DNA of 64,000 bases from an uncultured SAR86 cluster bacterium (GTDB lineage Bacteria > Pseudomonadota > Gammaproteobacteria > Magnimaribacterales > D2472): NCBI GenBank assembly GCA_902560315.1, contig CACELG010000001.1:155681-219680 (forward strand), in the 5' to 3' direction. Shown in pieces: positions 50,995 through 64,000 of this stretch. A model generated the notes under the pieces. It was given only the letters and a program-made list of their open reading frames with translations. It had not been told where the DNA came from and ran no database searches. Positions within the stretch are counted from its first letter, which is position 1. The number at the start of each line of letters is the position of its first letter. The position numbers and the translations under genes were made by a program.

Positions 50995-52430
50995 TGAACC
51001 CAAAATCAATAGTAAACTTATTTAGCATATTAGTTTTATTCTTTAGCTTTTCTTACGTATTCCCTATTATTGTTTCAATCATATTTGAGGATGGAGCGCT
51101 TGATATATTTATAAAAACATTGATTGGTGTCAGTTCTCTAGGAATATTGGGCTTGCTTTTAACAAGGAATATTGAGAATGATCTTTCTCAAAAAGATGGG
51201 TTTGTAATAATTGTAATGTTTTGGATAGTATTATCCATTGCTGGATCAGTTCCGTTTTATCTTAGCGGAATGAGCATGATTGATTCTTTTTTTGAGTCTA
51301 TGTCAGGTATCACTACAACAGGGGCTTCTGTAATTTCGAATATTGATGTCTTGCCTGAGTCTTTGTTATTTTATAGACAGTTATTACAGTGGATGGGAGG
51401 AATGGGATTAATAGTTCTAGCGATTGCTGTAATGCCTTTATTAGGAATTGGTGGGGGTCAAATATATAAAACTGAAATTCCTGGTGCAATGGGTGAACAA
51501 AAACTTACGCCCAGGATAAAAGAAACTGCTCAAGCTTTGTGGTCAATATACTTAGGTTTAACTGTTATTTGTGCTCTGTTGTATTACATCAGTGGTATGT
51601 CTATGTTTGACGCTGTATCACATTCTATGTCTACAGTTGCTATTGGTGGCTTCTCAACCCACAATGAAAGCATTGGATTCTATAACAGCTTTTCTATAGA
51701 ACTTATCTGTATGGTCTTTATGCTTTTATCTGCTTTTAGTTTCACACTTCATTACTTTGCATTATATAAAAGAAAACCTCTTAAATATTTATATGATCCT
51801 GAATTAAGGTTTTTTGTTGGAATAATTTTTATTATTTTTGCTTTAGCAGTAATTATTAGTGTGGTATCGAATAATATAACTACAAATGAAATAAAAAATA
51901 TTGCATTTCATACTGTTTCCATGGTCACCACTACAGGCTTTACTGTTTCAAATTCTTCAGATTGGCCTTTTTCATTATCTTTCTTATTATTAATGGGTGC
52001 TTTCATTGGAGCTTGTTCTGGATCTGTTGGGGGAGGTATTAAATCTTGGAGGGTTATGATTATGATTAATCATGCCTATTTAAATATAATGAAGATAATA
52101 CATCCTAACTCAATAGTATCATTAAAAATTGGAACAAGAAGTGTTGATGACCAAGCAGCCACATCCGTGTGGGGATTTTTTTCTATTTATGTAATTTCTT
52201 TTATGGTGCTGCTGCTGGCTATATTAGTCTCTGGATTAGATCTGGAATCAGCGTTCTCAGCGGTTGGGGCATGCTTAAATAATTTGGGTCCGGGTTTAGG
52301 AGTTGTTTCTGAAAATTACTCAAGTATAAGTTCATACTCAAAAGGGATTTTAGCATTTGCAATGTTGTTGGGAAGGTTAGAAATCTTCACTTTGCTTGTA
52401 ATACTAACTCCAATGTTTTGGGCTAAATAA
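50994..52430 (+). CDS. trkH: Trk potassium uptake membrane subunit
   Basis: FESMSG.TTTGA, QW.GGMG, GGFS, TTTG, GGG.K, NNLGPG, LGRLE. Confidence 0.96.
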   Translation: MNPKSIVNLFSILVLFFSFSYVFPIIVSIIFEDGALDIFIKTLIGVSSLGILGLLLTRNIENDLSQKDGFVIIVMFWIVLSIAGSVPFYLSGMSMIDSFFESMSGITTTGASVISNIDVLPESLLFYRQLLQWMGGMGLIVLAIAVMPLLGIGGGQIYKTEIPGAMGEQKLTPRIKETAQALWSIYLGLTVICALLYYISGMSMFDAVSHSMSTVAIGGFSTHNESIGFYNSFSIELICMVFMLLSAFSFTLHYFALYKRKPLKYLYDPELRFFVGIIFIIFALAVIISVVSNNITTNEIKNIAFHTVSMVTTTGFTVSNSSDWPFSLSFLLLMGAFIGACSGSVGGGIKSWRVMIMINHAYLNIMKIIHPNSIVSLKIGTRSVDDQAATSVWGFFSIYVISFMVLLLAILVSGLDLESAFSAVGACLNNLGPGLGVVSENYSSISSYSKGILAFAMLLGRLEIFTLLVILTPMFWAK

Positions 52431-53300
52431 CTAAATTCCTGAATATGGATCTTGTTGATCCGATTTGCTTTTTTTAAACCTTTTGTATTCCCATGAATAA
52501 TCTATCGGCCTTTTATTAATAATTTCTTCAATCCCTTTATTGATAATTTGTGAGTGCTTACTATCATTATAGATGCTTTTATTAGTCATTTCTAACGTAA
52601 CAGTTAAATAATTGTCTTTATTGGAGTTAATGTAAAAATAAACTATAGGGCATCCTGTTTTTAAAGCCAGACTTTGAACTAAAGTTGTCGAATATGCATC
52701 CCTATTGAAAAACTTAATGTATTCTCCCATTCCTCTTTGTGGAACTTGGTCTGCCGCAAAACATATAACCTTATTTTGTTTTAATGCTTTATATATTTTC
52801 CTTACGCCTGTAATAGAAGTTTCTACACAAATAGATCCATCTGATTCTCTTTTATTTTTAACAAACATATCAAGGGCTTTATTTTTTATTTTTTTATATA
52901 AACTTACAGTTACTGTTTGGGAGCAGATCCAGGCAAGTAACATATCAACACTTCTATTATGGAGCGCAACTAGAATCATGCCCTTTCCTTGAAGTATATA
53001 ATTGTTCAGTAGAAAGTTGTTTTCGATTCTGAAGATCATCTCATTTGAATCGTGAGTATTACTTCCCCATGTGTAAATAGTTTCATATCCCGAAATTAAA
53101 GATTCGCGAATACTTAGTTTTGCTAATAATTCAATGTTTAAATTATTTAGGTCAGGATAAGCGATTTTAAGGTTAATTTTTGTGATTTTATATGAGACAA
53201 ATAGTTTGTAAATTCGTGTATACAAATAAATATCTATTAAGATTACAAAAAAAGCTCTTGGTAGCCTAGAAAGTATGTAAAATAATGTTTTTATCATCAA
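52431..53300 (-). CDS. Lipid A late acyltransferase (LpxL/HtrB family)
   Basis: HxxxxD (HNRSVD), DQ, FF, P..Y.W.YKRFK; same position as htrB near GlyRS in Pseudomonadales. Confidence 0.82.
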   Translation of the reverse strand: MMIKTLFYILSRLPRAFFVILIDIYLYTRIYKLFVSYKITKINLKIAYPDLNNLNIELLAKLSIRESLISGYETIYTWGSNTHDSNEMIFRIENNFLLNNYILQGKGMILVALHNRSVDMLLAWICSQTVTVSLYKKIKNKALDMFVKNKRESDGSICVETSITGVRKIYKALKQNKVICFAADQVPQRGMGEYIKFFNRDAYSTTLVQSLALKTGCPIVYFYINSNKDNYLTVTLEMTNKSIYNDSKHSQIINKGIEEIINKRPIDYSWEYKRFKKSKSDQQDPYSGI

Positions 53301-53413
53301 CTTTATGATTTAGCATGATATATAATCATAAATAGATAAAATATACAAAAATTATTTATTTAATTGAAAAAAAGTAAAAAATAGACATTTGTTGATAAAA
53401 GGAGTTAAATAAA

Positions 53414-54760
53414 GTGCCAGCTAAAAATATGGATGAAATTGTTGCTTTATGTAAAAGAAGAGGCTTTATATTTCAATCAAGCGAAATATATGGCGGTCTT
53501 CAAGGCACATATGATTTTGGTCCTCTTGGTGTTGAGTTAAAAAATAATCTTAAAAATGCATGGTGGGAGGCTATGGTCTATGAAAATGATAATATTGAGG
53601 GCCTAGATTCATCAATTTTAACAAATCCCCTAGTCTTAAAGTATTCAGGCCACGAAGAAACCTTCTCTGATCCTATGGTCGACTGCAAATCATGCAATTT
53701 AAGGTTTAGAGAGGATCAAGTTCCAGATCATTGCAAAAAAGAGGATTTAACTGAACCTAGACAGTTTAATCTTATGTTTAAAACAAGTGTTGGACCATTA
53801 GAGGATGGATCTAATTATGCATATCTTAGGCCAGAAACAGCGCAACAAATATTTACAAATTTTAAGAATGTATTAGATTCTACTTCTAAACCAATACCAT
53901 TTGGTATAGCTCAAATTGGTAAAGCATTTAGAAATGAAATAACACCAAGAAATTTTATATTTAGGGTTAGAGAGTTTGAACAAATGGAATTAGAATACTT
54001 TGTAATGCCAGGTGAAGATGAAGATGCTCATGATCTATGGGTACAAAAAAGAATAGATTGGTGGAGTAATCAAGGTGTACCCATAGAAAGTATTGAGTTG
54101 TACGATGTACCCACTGATGAATTAGCACATTATTCTAAAAAGACAGTTGATTTAATGTATAAGTTTCCTCATGGATTAGAAGAACTTGAGGGCATTGCTA
54201 ACAGAACAGATTTTGATCTAGGCTCGCACTCTAAAAAACAGGATGAACTTAAAATATCTTCAAATGTAATGAAAAACAAACACTCTAATAGCAAGATGGC
54301 TGTTCAAAACGATTCAGGTGATTGGATTGTTCCTTATGTAATTGAGCCATCTGCGGGTGTTGAAAGAGGGTTTCTAGCAATTTTAAATGAAGCGTATACA
54401 AATGAGGAATTAGAGGATGGAAAAAATAGGATAGTATTAAGACTTAAACCTCATTTATCACCGATAAAAGCTGCAGTTATACCACTAAAGAAGAATGATA
54501 AGAATATTGTTAATAATGCGAAGAAAATAAAAAATGATCTTCAAAAAATGGGTTTAGGTAGAATAATTCTTGAAAATACTGGCAATATAGGAAAAAGTTA
54601 TAGAAAACATGATGAAATAGGAACACCTTTATGTATAACTGTTGACTTTGATACTCTTGAGGATAATTCAGTAACCTTAAGAGACAGGGACACAATGGTC
54701 CAAACAAGGCTTCAAATTAGTGAGTTAGCTATGTATATAATGGATTTGGTTAAGAAATAA
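53414..54760 (+). CDS. glyQS: Glycine--tRNA ligase, homodimeric (alpha2) type
   Basis: [56 protein letters not shown]...DEIGTP anticodon domain; GTG start. Confidence 0.95.
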   Translation: MPAKNMDEIVALCKRRGFIFQSSEIYGGLQGTYDFGPLGVELKNNLKNAWWEAMVYENDNIEGLDSSILTNPLVLKYSGHEETFSDPMVDCKSCNLRFREDQVPDHCKKEDLTEPRQFNLMFKTSVGPLEDGSNYAYLRPETAQQIFTNFKNVLDSTSKPIPFGIAQIGKAFRNEITPRNFIFRVREFEQMELEYFVMPGEDEDAHDLWVQKRIDWWSNQGVPIESIELYDVPTDELAHYSKKTVDLMYKFPHGLEELEGIANRTDFDLGSHSKKQDELKISSNVMKNKHSNSKMAVQNDSGDWIVPYVIEPSAGVERGFLAILNEAYTNEELEDGKNRIVLRLKPHLSPIKAAVIPLKKNDKNIVNNAKKIKNDLQKMGLGRIILENTGNIGKSYRKHDEIGTPLCITVDFDTLEDNSVTLRDRDTMVQTRLQISELAMYIMDLVKK

Positions 54761-54762
54761 TA

Positions 54763-58464
<3,702 letters not shown>

Positions 58465-58465
58465 T

Positions 58466-59569
58466 TTAAATAAGAAGTGGCATTACAACATATTTTAAAT
58501 CACTAGAATTAGGATCAGTAATTAGGCAGCTTTTTTCTGAACCAAAGAAATTAATCTCGATTTTCTCAGAATCTAGTGTAGATAAAATTTCTTGTAAATA
58601 ATTAACGTTGAATGCTATATCGATTTCTTCTCCCTTATATTCGCATTCAACATTTTCTTCGCCCTGTTCTTTTTCTGGATTATTTGCAGAAATGTTTAAA
58701 GAATTTTCTTTTGTTAAAATTCTCACTCCTTTGTATTTTTCACTCGATAACACGCTAACCCTGCTTAGGCTTTCAGAGAAGTTTTTTCTATCCACAACCA
58801 ATAAAGAGCTTTCACCCGATGGAATGACTTGTTCGTAATCAGGAAATTTACCTTCTATTAATTTGCTAACAAATGTGGTGCCAGAAACATTTGCTGCGAT
58901 AGATGTCTGTCCAAGTTTAATAACAACATTTTCAGAACCTTCTCCAACTAATTTTCCTATTTCATTAATTGACTTCCTGGGAACAATTCCATTTGTTGAT
59001 TCAGAAACAGCTTCATTTAAAGAAGAGTGTGCTAAAGCCAATCGATGAGCATCTGTTGCAACAGTTGTTATAGTTTTATCATCTATCAATAAAAAAAGTC
59101 CGTTTAAATAATGTCTCCAATCTTGGTTTCCCATAGCAAATGCTGTTTTAGAGATTAACGTCTTAAGATTTTGTGATGAGATATTGATTTGAGATTGGGT
59201 TTCTTCTGTTTCAAATACAGGAAAATCTTCGCTTGGTAGTGTTGAAAGGTTATATTTTCCTGATTCGGTTTCGATTCTAAGATTGTCTCCATCCAAAAAA
59301 AAGTGTATTTCAGTCATATCTGGTAATAATCTACATAAATCACTCAGTTTTCTTGCAGGAGCTGTTGTTTTTCCACCACTTTTAAAGTTGGATATAGTTG
59401 ATGTTGTTGAAATTTCGCTTTCTAAGTCAGTTGCGGTTAACTTTAGGGATGATTCATCTACCTCAAATAAAACGTTTGATAAAATTGGTAATGTTTGTCT
59501 TTTTTCAACGACTCCCAGGGTTTGATTTAAAGACTTAACAACCTCTTCTTTTGTGATATAAAAATCCAT
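58466..59569 (-). CDS. dnaN: DNA polymerase III beta clamp
   Basis: R.TLPIL.N, ATDLE, ATD.HRLA, G.FPDY, FN..Y, VVMP. Confidence 0.97.
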   Translation of the reverse strand: MDFYITKEEVVKSLNQTLGVVEKRQTLPILSNVLFEVDESSLKLTATDLESEISTTSTISNFKSGGKTTAPARKLSDLCRLLPDMTEIHFFLDGDNLRIETESGKYNLSTLPSEDFPVFETEETQSQINISSQNLKTLISKTAFAMGNQDWRHYLNGLFLLIDDKTITTVATDAHRLALAHSSLNEAVSESTNGIVPRKSINEIGKLVGEGSENVVIKLGQTSIAANVSGTTFVSKLIEGKFPDYEQVIPSGESSLLVVDRKNFSESLSRVSVLSSEKYKGVRILTKENSLNISANNPEKEQGEENVECEYKGEEIDIAFNVNYLQEILSTLDSEKIEINFFGSEKSCLITDPNSSDLKYVVMPLLI

Positions 59570-60861
59570 TAGTTTGTTAGTGCTCTATTGAGATTTCTGT
59601 AATCTTCTTCGTGGGATGGGTTCTCTTTTCTAAGCTCTTTAATTTTTTTACATGCGTGCAAAACTGTGGTGTGATCCCTTCCATTATAAGCCTCACCAAT
59701 TTCTGGTAGGCTATGATTTGTAAGCTCTTTTGTTAGAGCCATTGCCATTTGTCTTGGTCTTGTTATGGATCTACTTCTACGTTTAGATAATAAATCTGAT
59801 AACTTAATGTTGTAATATTCTGCAACTGTTTTTTGGATGTTTTCTACACTTACCATTTTTGCAGAAATTACAAAAAGATCTTTAAGCGCATCCTTAACAA
59901 GAGCTAAATCAACCTCTTGGTTAGTAAACCTTGCGTTGGCGACAACTCTTTTAAGGGCTCCTTCTAATTCTCTAATGTTCGATCTGATTCTTTGTGCAAT
60001 GTAAATCGCACAGTCATTCGGAAGAGAGACCCCCATTGAAGAAGCCTTTTTTAACAAAACTGCGGCTCTAGTCTCAAGCTCTGGGGGATCAATCACAACC
60101 GGTAGACCCCAACCAAGTCTTGATTTTAATCTTTCCTCTAGTCCATCAATTTCTTTTGGGTATTTGTCGCAAGTCAATATCATTTGATTGTTTCTATCTA
60201 ATAATGCATTAAATGTGTGAAAAAACTCTTCTTGGGATTGTTCTTTTCCAGCAAAAAACTGTATGTCATCGATTAAAAGAGCGTCGGCATTTCTATAAAA
60301 AGATTTAAACTCACTCATCGCGCCAAGCTGGAGTGCTTTTACCATATCTGAAACAAACTTTTCTGAGTGAACATAAACGATTCTTTTTTTGGGCTCGTTC
60401 TTTAAAATTTCATTTCCAACTGCGTGCATAAGGTGGGTTTTTCCCAGGCCTACGCCCCCATAAATAAACAACGGGTTATAGTCTCCCTTTGGGTTAGCGG
60501 CAACCTGTTTTGCTGCTGCTAAAGCCAAGTGGTTGGATTTGCCCTCAACAAAACTTGAAAATGTATAGCCCTCAACAAGCTTAACTCCAGAGCTTTGTTT
60601 GTTTTTGTATTTATCAACAAATGTTTCTTTTGTGTGAGTTTTAAAAACTAAATTTATATTTTTCTTAGCTTCGGTTTTTAAAATAGACTTTATATCTTTT
60701 GCATAATTTTTTTCTATGTAATCTAATATAAAATCGTTTGGAGCGACTAGCTCCAAAGTGTTTTTATCAATGTTAGCCTTAAGGGGCCTAATCCAAGTAT
60801 TGAAATCTTCTTGCGATAGTGTGTTTTCAAGCTTTTCTGAGCACTTATTCCAAAGTTCCAA
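59569..60861 (-). CDS. dnaA: Chromosomal replication initiator DnaA
   Basis: [40 protein letters not shown]; TTG start. Confidence 0.98.
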   Translation of the reverse strand: MELWNKCSEKLENTLSQEDFNTWIRPLKANIDKNTLELVAPNDFILDYIEKNYAKDIKSILKTEAKKNINLVFKTHTKETFVDKYKNKQSSGVKLVEGYTFSSFVEGKSNHLALAAAKQVAANPKGDYNPLFIYGGVGLGKTHLMHAVGNEILKNEPKKRIVYVHSEKFVSDMVKALQLGAMSEFKSFYRNADALLIDDIQFFAGKEQSQEEFFHTFNALLDRNNQMILTCDKYPKEIDGLEERLKSRLGWGLPVVIDPPELETRAAVLLKKASSMGVSLPNDCAIYIAQRIRSNIRELEGALKRVVANARFTNQEVDLALVKDALKDLFVISAKMVSVENIQKTVAEYYNIKLSDLLSKRRSRSITRPRQMAMALTKELTNHSLPEIGEAYNGRDHTTVLHACKKIKELRKENPSHEEDYRNLNRALTN

Positions 60862-61040
60862 TTCTTTCTCCTATTAGACTAGATAGTCTATTAAAAAACT
60901 CACAAGATATCTACAGAATAAATATAGGAATTTTCTGTGGATAAGTTGTATATAAAAAAAGTTATCTTTTATAGTCTATTTTCTGGCTTTCAAAAATTAA
61001 TGCGCTATAATTCTCATCACTTTTTGACCTTAAATTTATT
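60862..61040. promoter_or_regulatory. dnaA-rpmH intergenic region with DnaA boxes (candidate oriC or dnaA autoregulatory region)
   Basis: Perfect box TGTGGATAA (reverse complement of TTATCCACA) at 60936-60944, a one-mismatch box TGTATATAA at 60947-60955, AT-rich flanks, and TATAAT at 61006-61011 ahead of rpmH. Confidence 0.65.
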
Positions 61041-61175
61041 ATGAAAAGAACTTTCCAACCAAGCAACCTTAAAAGAAAAAGAACTCATGGGTTTCGAGCA
61101 AGAATGGCCACCAAGGCAGGAAGGGCTGTTTTATCTAATAGAAGAAAAAAAGGCAGGAAAGTTCTTAGCGCATAA
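61041..61175 (+). CDS. rpmH: 50S ribosomal protein L34
   Basis: Below the ORF-track cutoff. Translation: [44 protein letters not shown]. Confidence 0.98.
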   Translation: MKRTFQPSNLKRKRTHGFRARMATKAGRAVLSNRRKKGRKVLSA

Positions 61176-61176
61176 T

Positions 61177-61494
61177 TTGTCTGGTTCAAATCAAAAATTT
61201 AATTCTTTTAATTGTATTTATTCAAGTAAAAATTTCAGGCTTTTTTATAAATCATCATCAAAAAGCGGTTTAGAGATTTCAATATCAAAAAAATATTTTA
61301 GGTTGGCTGTAAAAAGAAATAAAATAAAAAGACAGGTAAAAGAAATTTTTCGTTCGCTTAATATTGTTATTCCAAGAGATGTGGTTGTTATTTTTTCTGT
61401 ATTTAGGCCTTTTGGAGAGTTATCATATGAAAAAGCTTTGTTAGAGATTGATGAAGCAGCAAAGTCATTGTCGGGTGATTTAAGTTTAAAATGA
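61177..61494 (+). CDS. rnpA: Ribonuclease P protein component (divergent)
   Basis: ISKK...AVKRNKIKR..KE corresponds to the RNR motif; lies between rpmH and yidC. Start uncertain (TTG 61177). Confidence 0.8.
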   Translation: MSGSNQKFNSFNCIYSSKNFRLFYKSSSKSGLEISISKKYFRLAVKRNKIKRQVKEIFRSLNIVIPRDVVVIFSVFRPFGELSYEKALLEIDEAAKSLSGDLSLK

Positions 61495-63035
61495 ATATTA
61501 GAAGCCTTTATTTAATTGTTATTGTTCTATCATCGCTTGGTCTTTTGTATGAGTGGAACTCAGATCAAAAAAACCAGTCCATTGAAGATCATTTGTCATC
61601 TGTTAAATCGTCTGAATATATAGAAAATTCTGATTATGTTTCAATAGAAAATGATTTGCTTTCTTTGGTTATTTCTATTTCTGGTGGGTCTATTGTTGAA
61701 TCGAGATTGAAGAAATATCCTGTAGAAAATGTTGACGATTCTGTTGGTTTTAGGGTGTTTGGTTCTTCTGAAAGCACTTCTTTTAAGTATTATTTTAAAA
61801 GTGGTTTTACTGGGATTGTTCCAGAATATCGGCTATATGATCTTGGGGATGGGTATGTTGAGTTATTGGACGAGGGTCTGGGTGTTTCAAAAAGAATATC
61901 TTTTTCAGACTCACCTTATGAGGTTTCTATTTATGACTCCTCGTCTACAGGAATAAAGGGCAAGTCTTATGCTGGTCTTTACAGGTCAGATGGTAGGGCG
62001 CTTGACTTAAAAAGAGGTGCTCTTGAGGGTGGGATGATGAACAACAGCTCTTACGAAGGTGTTGCTATTAGCTCTGAGTCAGACCCCTATACAACATTAA
62101 GGTTGAGCAGAATAGATGAGCCTGTTGAGGTGTTATCAAGGTCGGGGTGGATTGGTTTTATTCAAAAATATTTCTTCGCTGCTCTTTTGGGTTCAGATGA
62201 GTATATATATAACTATTATGTTTTACCAAAGGAGTCTGGATTTTTTAGAATGGGTTACACTGTTGAAGGGTCGTCAGCCTCTAATGTGGTTTATGGTCAT
62301 GAGCACAGACTTTTTGTTGGGCCTAAAATAAGGAAAGATTTGATGCAACGGGCGGATAATTTGGAGCTTGCTATTGATATGGGTTGGTTTTGGTTTTTAG
62401 CACAACCAATGGTTTTTGTGATGGATTTTATAAATGGTTATGTTAATAGCTGGGGTCTAACAATTATTATTTTTACTCTTTTTATTAAGCTTTTGTTTTG
62501 GCCTGTGACTGCAAAGAGCTTTAAGTCTATGGCCGCACTGAGAAAAATAACGCCGGAATTAAACGAAATAAAAGAAAGGTTTAAAAACGATCGCCAAAGC
62601 CAGGGCACTGAAACCATGAAGTTGATGAAGAAACACGGAGCAAATCCTTTGGGTGGCTGTTTGCCATTGTTAATTCAAATGCCGTTTTTTATTGGTTTCT
62701 TTTTTGCGTTGAGGGAGATGGTTGAGCTTAGGTTTAGCACTTTGGGTTTTTGGACGGATCTTTCGGCACCAGACCCGTATTTTGTTTTACCTGCCACTTT
62801 CGGTTTGTTAATGGTTTTAACTCAAAGGTTAAATCCGCAGCCGGCCGGTATGGATCCGACACAGGCCCAGGTTATGAAATATATGCCTGTTATGTTTTCT
62901 GTTTTCTTTTTGTTTTTTCCGGCCGCTCTTTGTTTGTATACGGTTGTAAACACCGGAGTACAGCTTGCACAGCAAGGCTACTTATATAAGAAACATGGTG
63001 CTTTGGGAATGGGTCATGGGCCTGGTGCAGGTTAG
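61491..63035 (+). CDS. yidC: Membrane protein insertase YidC
   Basis: Periplasmic domain, D.GW, WG..II, NPLGGCLP.LIQMP.F, DLSAPDPY..LP, Q..M..MP. Confidence 0.96.
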   Translation: MNIRSLYLIVIVLSSLGLLYEWNSDQKNQSIEDHLSSVKSSEYIENSDYVSIENDLLSLVISISGGSIVESRLKKYPVENVDDSVGFRVFGSSESTSFKYYFKSGFTGIVPEYRLYDLGDGYVELLDEGLGVSKRISFSDSPYEVSIYDSSSTGIKGKSYAGLYRSDGRALDLKRGALEGGMMNNSSYEGVAISSESDPYTTLRLSRIDEPVEVLSRSGWIGFIQKYFFAALLGSDEYIYNYYVLPKESGFFRMGYTVEGSSASNVVYGHEHRLFVGPKIRKDLMQRADNLELAIDMGWFWFLAQPMVFVMDFINGYVNSWGLTIIIFTLFIKLLFWPVTAKSFKSMAALRKITPELNEIKERFKNDRQSQGTETMKLMKKHGANPLGGCLPLLIQMPFFIGFFFALREMVELRFSTLGFWTDLSAPDPYFVLPATFGLLMVLTQRLNPQPAGMDPTQAQVMKYMPVMFSVFFLFFPAALCLYTVVNTGVQLAQQGYLYKKHGALGMGHGPGAG

Positions 63036-63037
63036 TT

Positions 63038-64000
63038 GTGTCAACGGTATTTGCTTTAGCTACTCCGCCAGCTAAATCAGCAATATGTGTTTTTAGGGTT
63101 TCGGGTCCTGGATGCCACAAATATCTTAAAAAGTTAATTAAAAATAAAGGTTTCGATGTTGGTCGGTTTCATGTCCGGGGTTTTTTTTATAATGATGTTT
63201 TGATTGATAAGGCTGGTTTGGTCGTTTTTAAGGGGCCTAACAGCTATACAGGCGAAGACTCTTTTGAGGTCTACGCTCATGGAAGCTTGGGGGTTATGTC
63301 TTCTTTTATTAAGTCTTTCAAAGGTGTGGGGTTTGAGGAGGCGGTTGGTGGGGAGTTTACTAAGCGTGCTTTTTTAAACAACAAAATTAGTTTAAATGAG
63401 GCTGAATCTGTTGCAGATTTGATTGATTCTGTGGATGAGATTGGTGTTACTTTGTCTGGTGGCTCTTTGTTTGGTGAGATGTCTAAGAATATTGTTGCTT
63501 TTGCTGATGAGTTGGATCAGATAAGAGTAAGGGTTGAAGCGGAAATAGATTTTTCTGATGAAGGCCAAGAGTATATGGATGAGTCTGTGGTTGGTGATGT
63601 AAACAAATTAAAAAATAAATTTGATCTTTTTGTGGGTGGTTGTGTAAATAAAAAAGTTTGTTCCCAAAAAAACAATGTCTTGTTGGTTGGTCCAGTTAAT
63701 TCCGGTAAATCGTCTGTTTTCAATCGCTTGCTTGGTTTTGAGAGGGCGTTGGTTTCCAGTGTTCCTGGAACGACTAGGGATATTGTCAGTAGTGAATTAT
63801 TTTATGAGTCATCTTCATTTTCAATTTTCGACTCTGCTGGTTTGAGGGACACCTCAGATGTTGTTGAAAAAGCTGGTATAGAGCTTTCTTTGTCTGAAAT
63901 TAATCAGGCTGATTTGGTGGTTGGTGTTTTTGATGAAAATGATGTTGTTTTAATAAAAAAATTTAAGGATTTGTGTTGTGATGTGCCTTTTATTTCTGTT
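63038..64000 (+). CDS. mnmE: tRNA modification GTPase MnmE (3' end runs off the window)
   Basis: From GTG 63038: ALATPP...RVSG, GPNSYTGED..E...HG, GEFTKRAFLNNK, EAEIDFSDE, GPVNSGKSS, PGTTRD, DSAGLR. Confidence 0.95.
   Translation, partial: MSTVFALATPPAKSAICVFRVSGPGCHKYLKKLIKNKGFDVGRFHVRGFFYNDVLIDKAGLVVFKGPNSYTGEDSFEVYAHGSLGVMSSFIKSFKGVGFEEAVGGEFTKRAFLNNKISLNEAESVADLIDSVDEIGVTLSGGSLFGEMSKNIVAFADELDQIRVRVEAEIDFSDEGQEYMDESVVGDVNKLKNKFDLFVGGCVNKKVCSQKNNVLLVGPVNSGKSSVFNRLLGFERALVSSVPGTTRDIVSSELFYESSSFSIFDSAGLRDTSDVVEKAGIELSLSEINQADLVVGVFDENDVVLIKKFKDLCCDVPFISV

Noticed and set aside
61087-61176. N-terminal extension of rnpA overlapping rpmH
   Set aside because: The extension is an alternative frame of rpmH; there is no evidence for its use, although it cannot be excluded.
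63165-63180. Second parS-like site in mnmE (GGTTTCATGTCCGGGG)
   Set aside because: Only the left half resembles the consensus and it is not palindromic.

Overview
This is a low-GC (roughly 30-35% by eye), very tightly packed chromosomal segment of a streamlined marine gammaproteobacterium. Gene content and order resemble the SAR86 lineage, which is an inference from synteny and streamlining rather than from a marker gene. The window is almost all core genome and follows the Pseudomonadales origin-proximal gene order with many deletions. In order it holds: lnt-corC-ybeY-phoH-miaB; orn/rsgA; ubiEJB-tatABC; tkt-pgk-fba; metK-ahcY; lptM-lysA-dapF-yigA-xerC-yigB-ubiK; dsbA/cytochrome c4/engB; polA; dsbB; pckA; gshA; a complete aa3-type cytochrome c oxidase cluster; aroE-hemF-tsaC-purE; def-fmt-trkAH; GlyRS; gyrB-recF-dnaN-dnaA; DnaA boxes; and rpmH-rnpA-yidC-mnmE. 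I saw no rRNA, tRNA, CRISPR array or mobile element. The most notable items are: (1) a chimeric protein joining a cytochrome c5-type N-terminal leader to a copper pseudoazurin domain in place of the heme domain; (2) a 28-codon LptM whose mature form is about 10 residues; (3) in situ replacement of glyQ/glyS by a homodimeric GlyRS; (4) a GyrB lacking the proteobacterial insert; (5) a three-gene insertion (Coq4-motif protein, anchored hydrolase, Tat-exported PhoD-like enzyme) between engB and polA; and (6) a parS site encoded inside recF.
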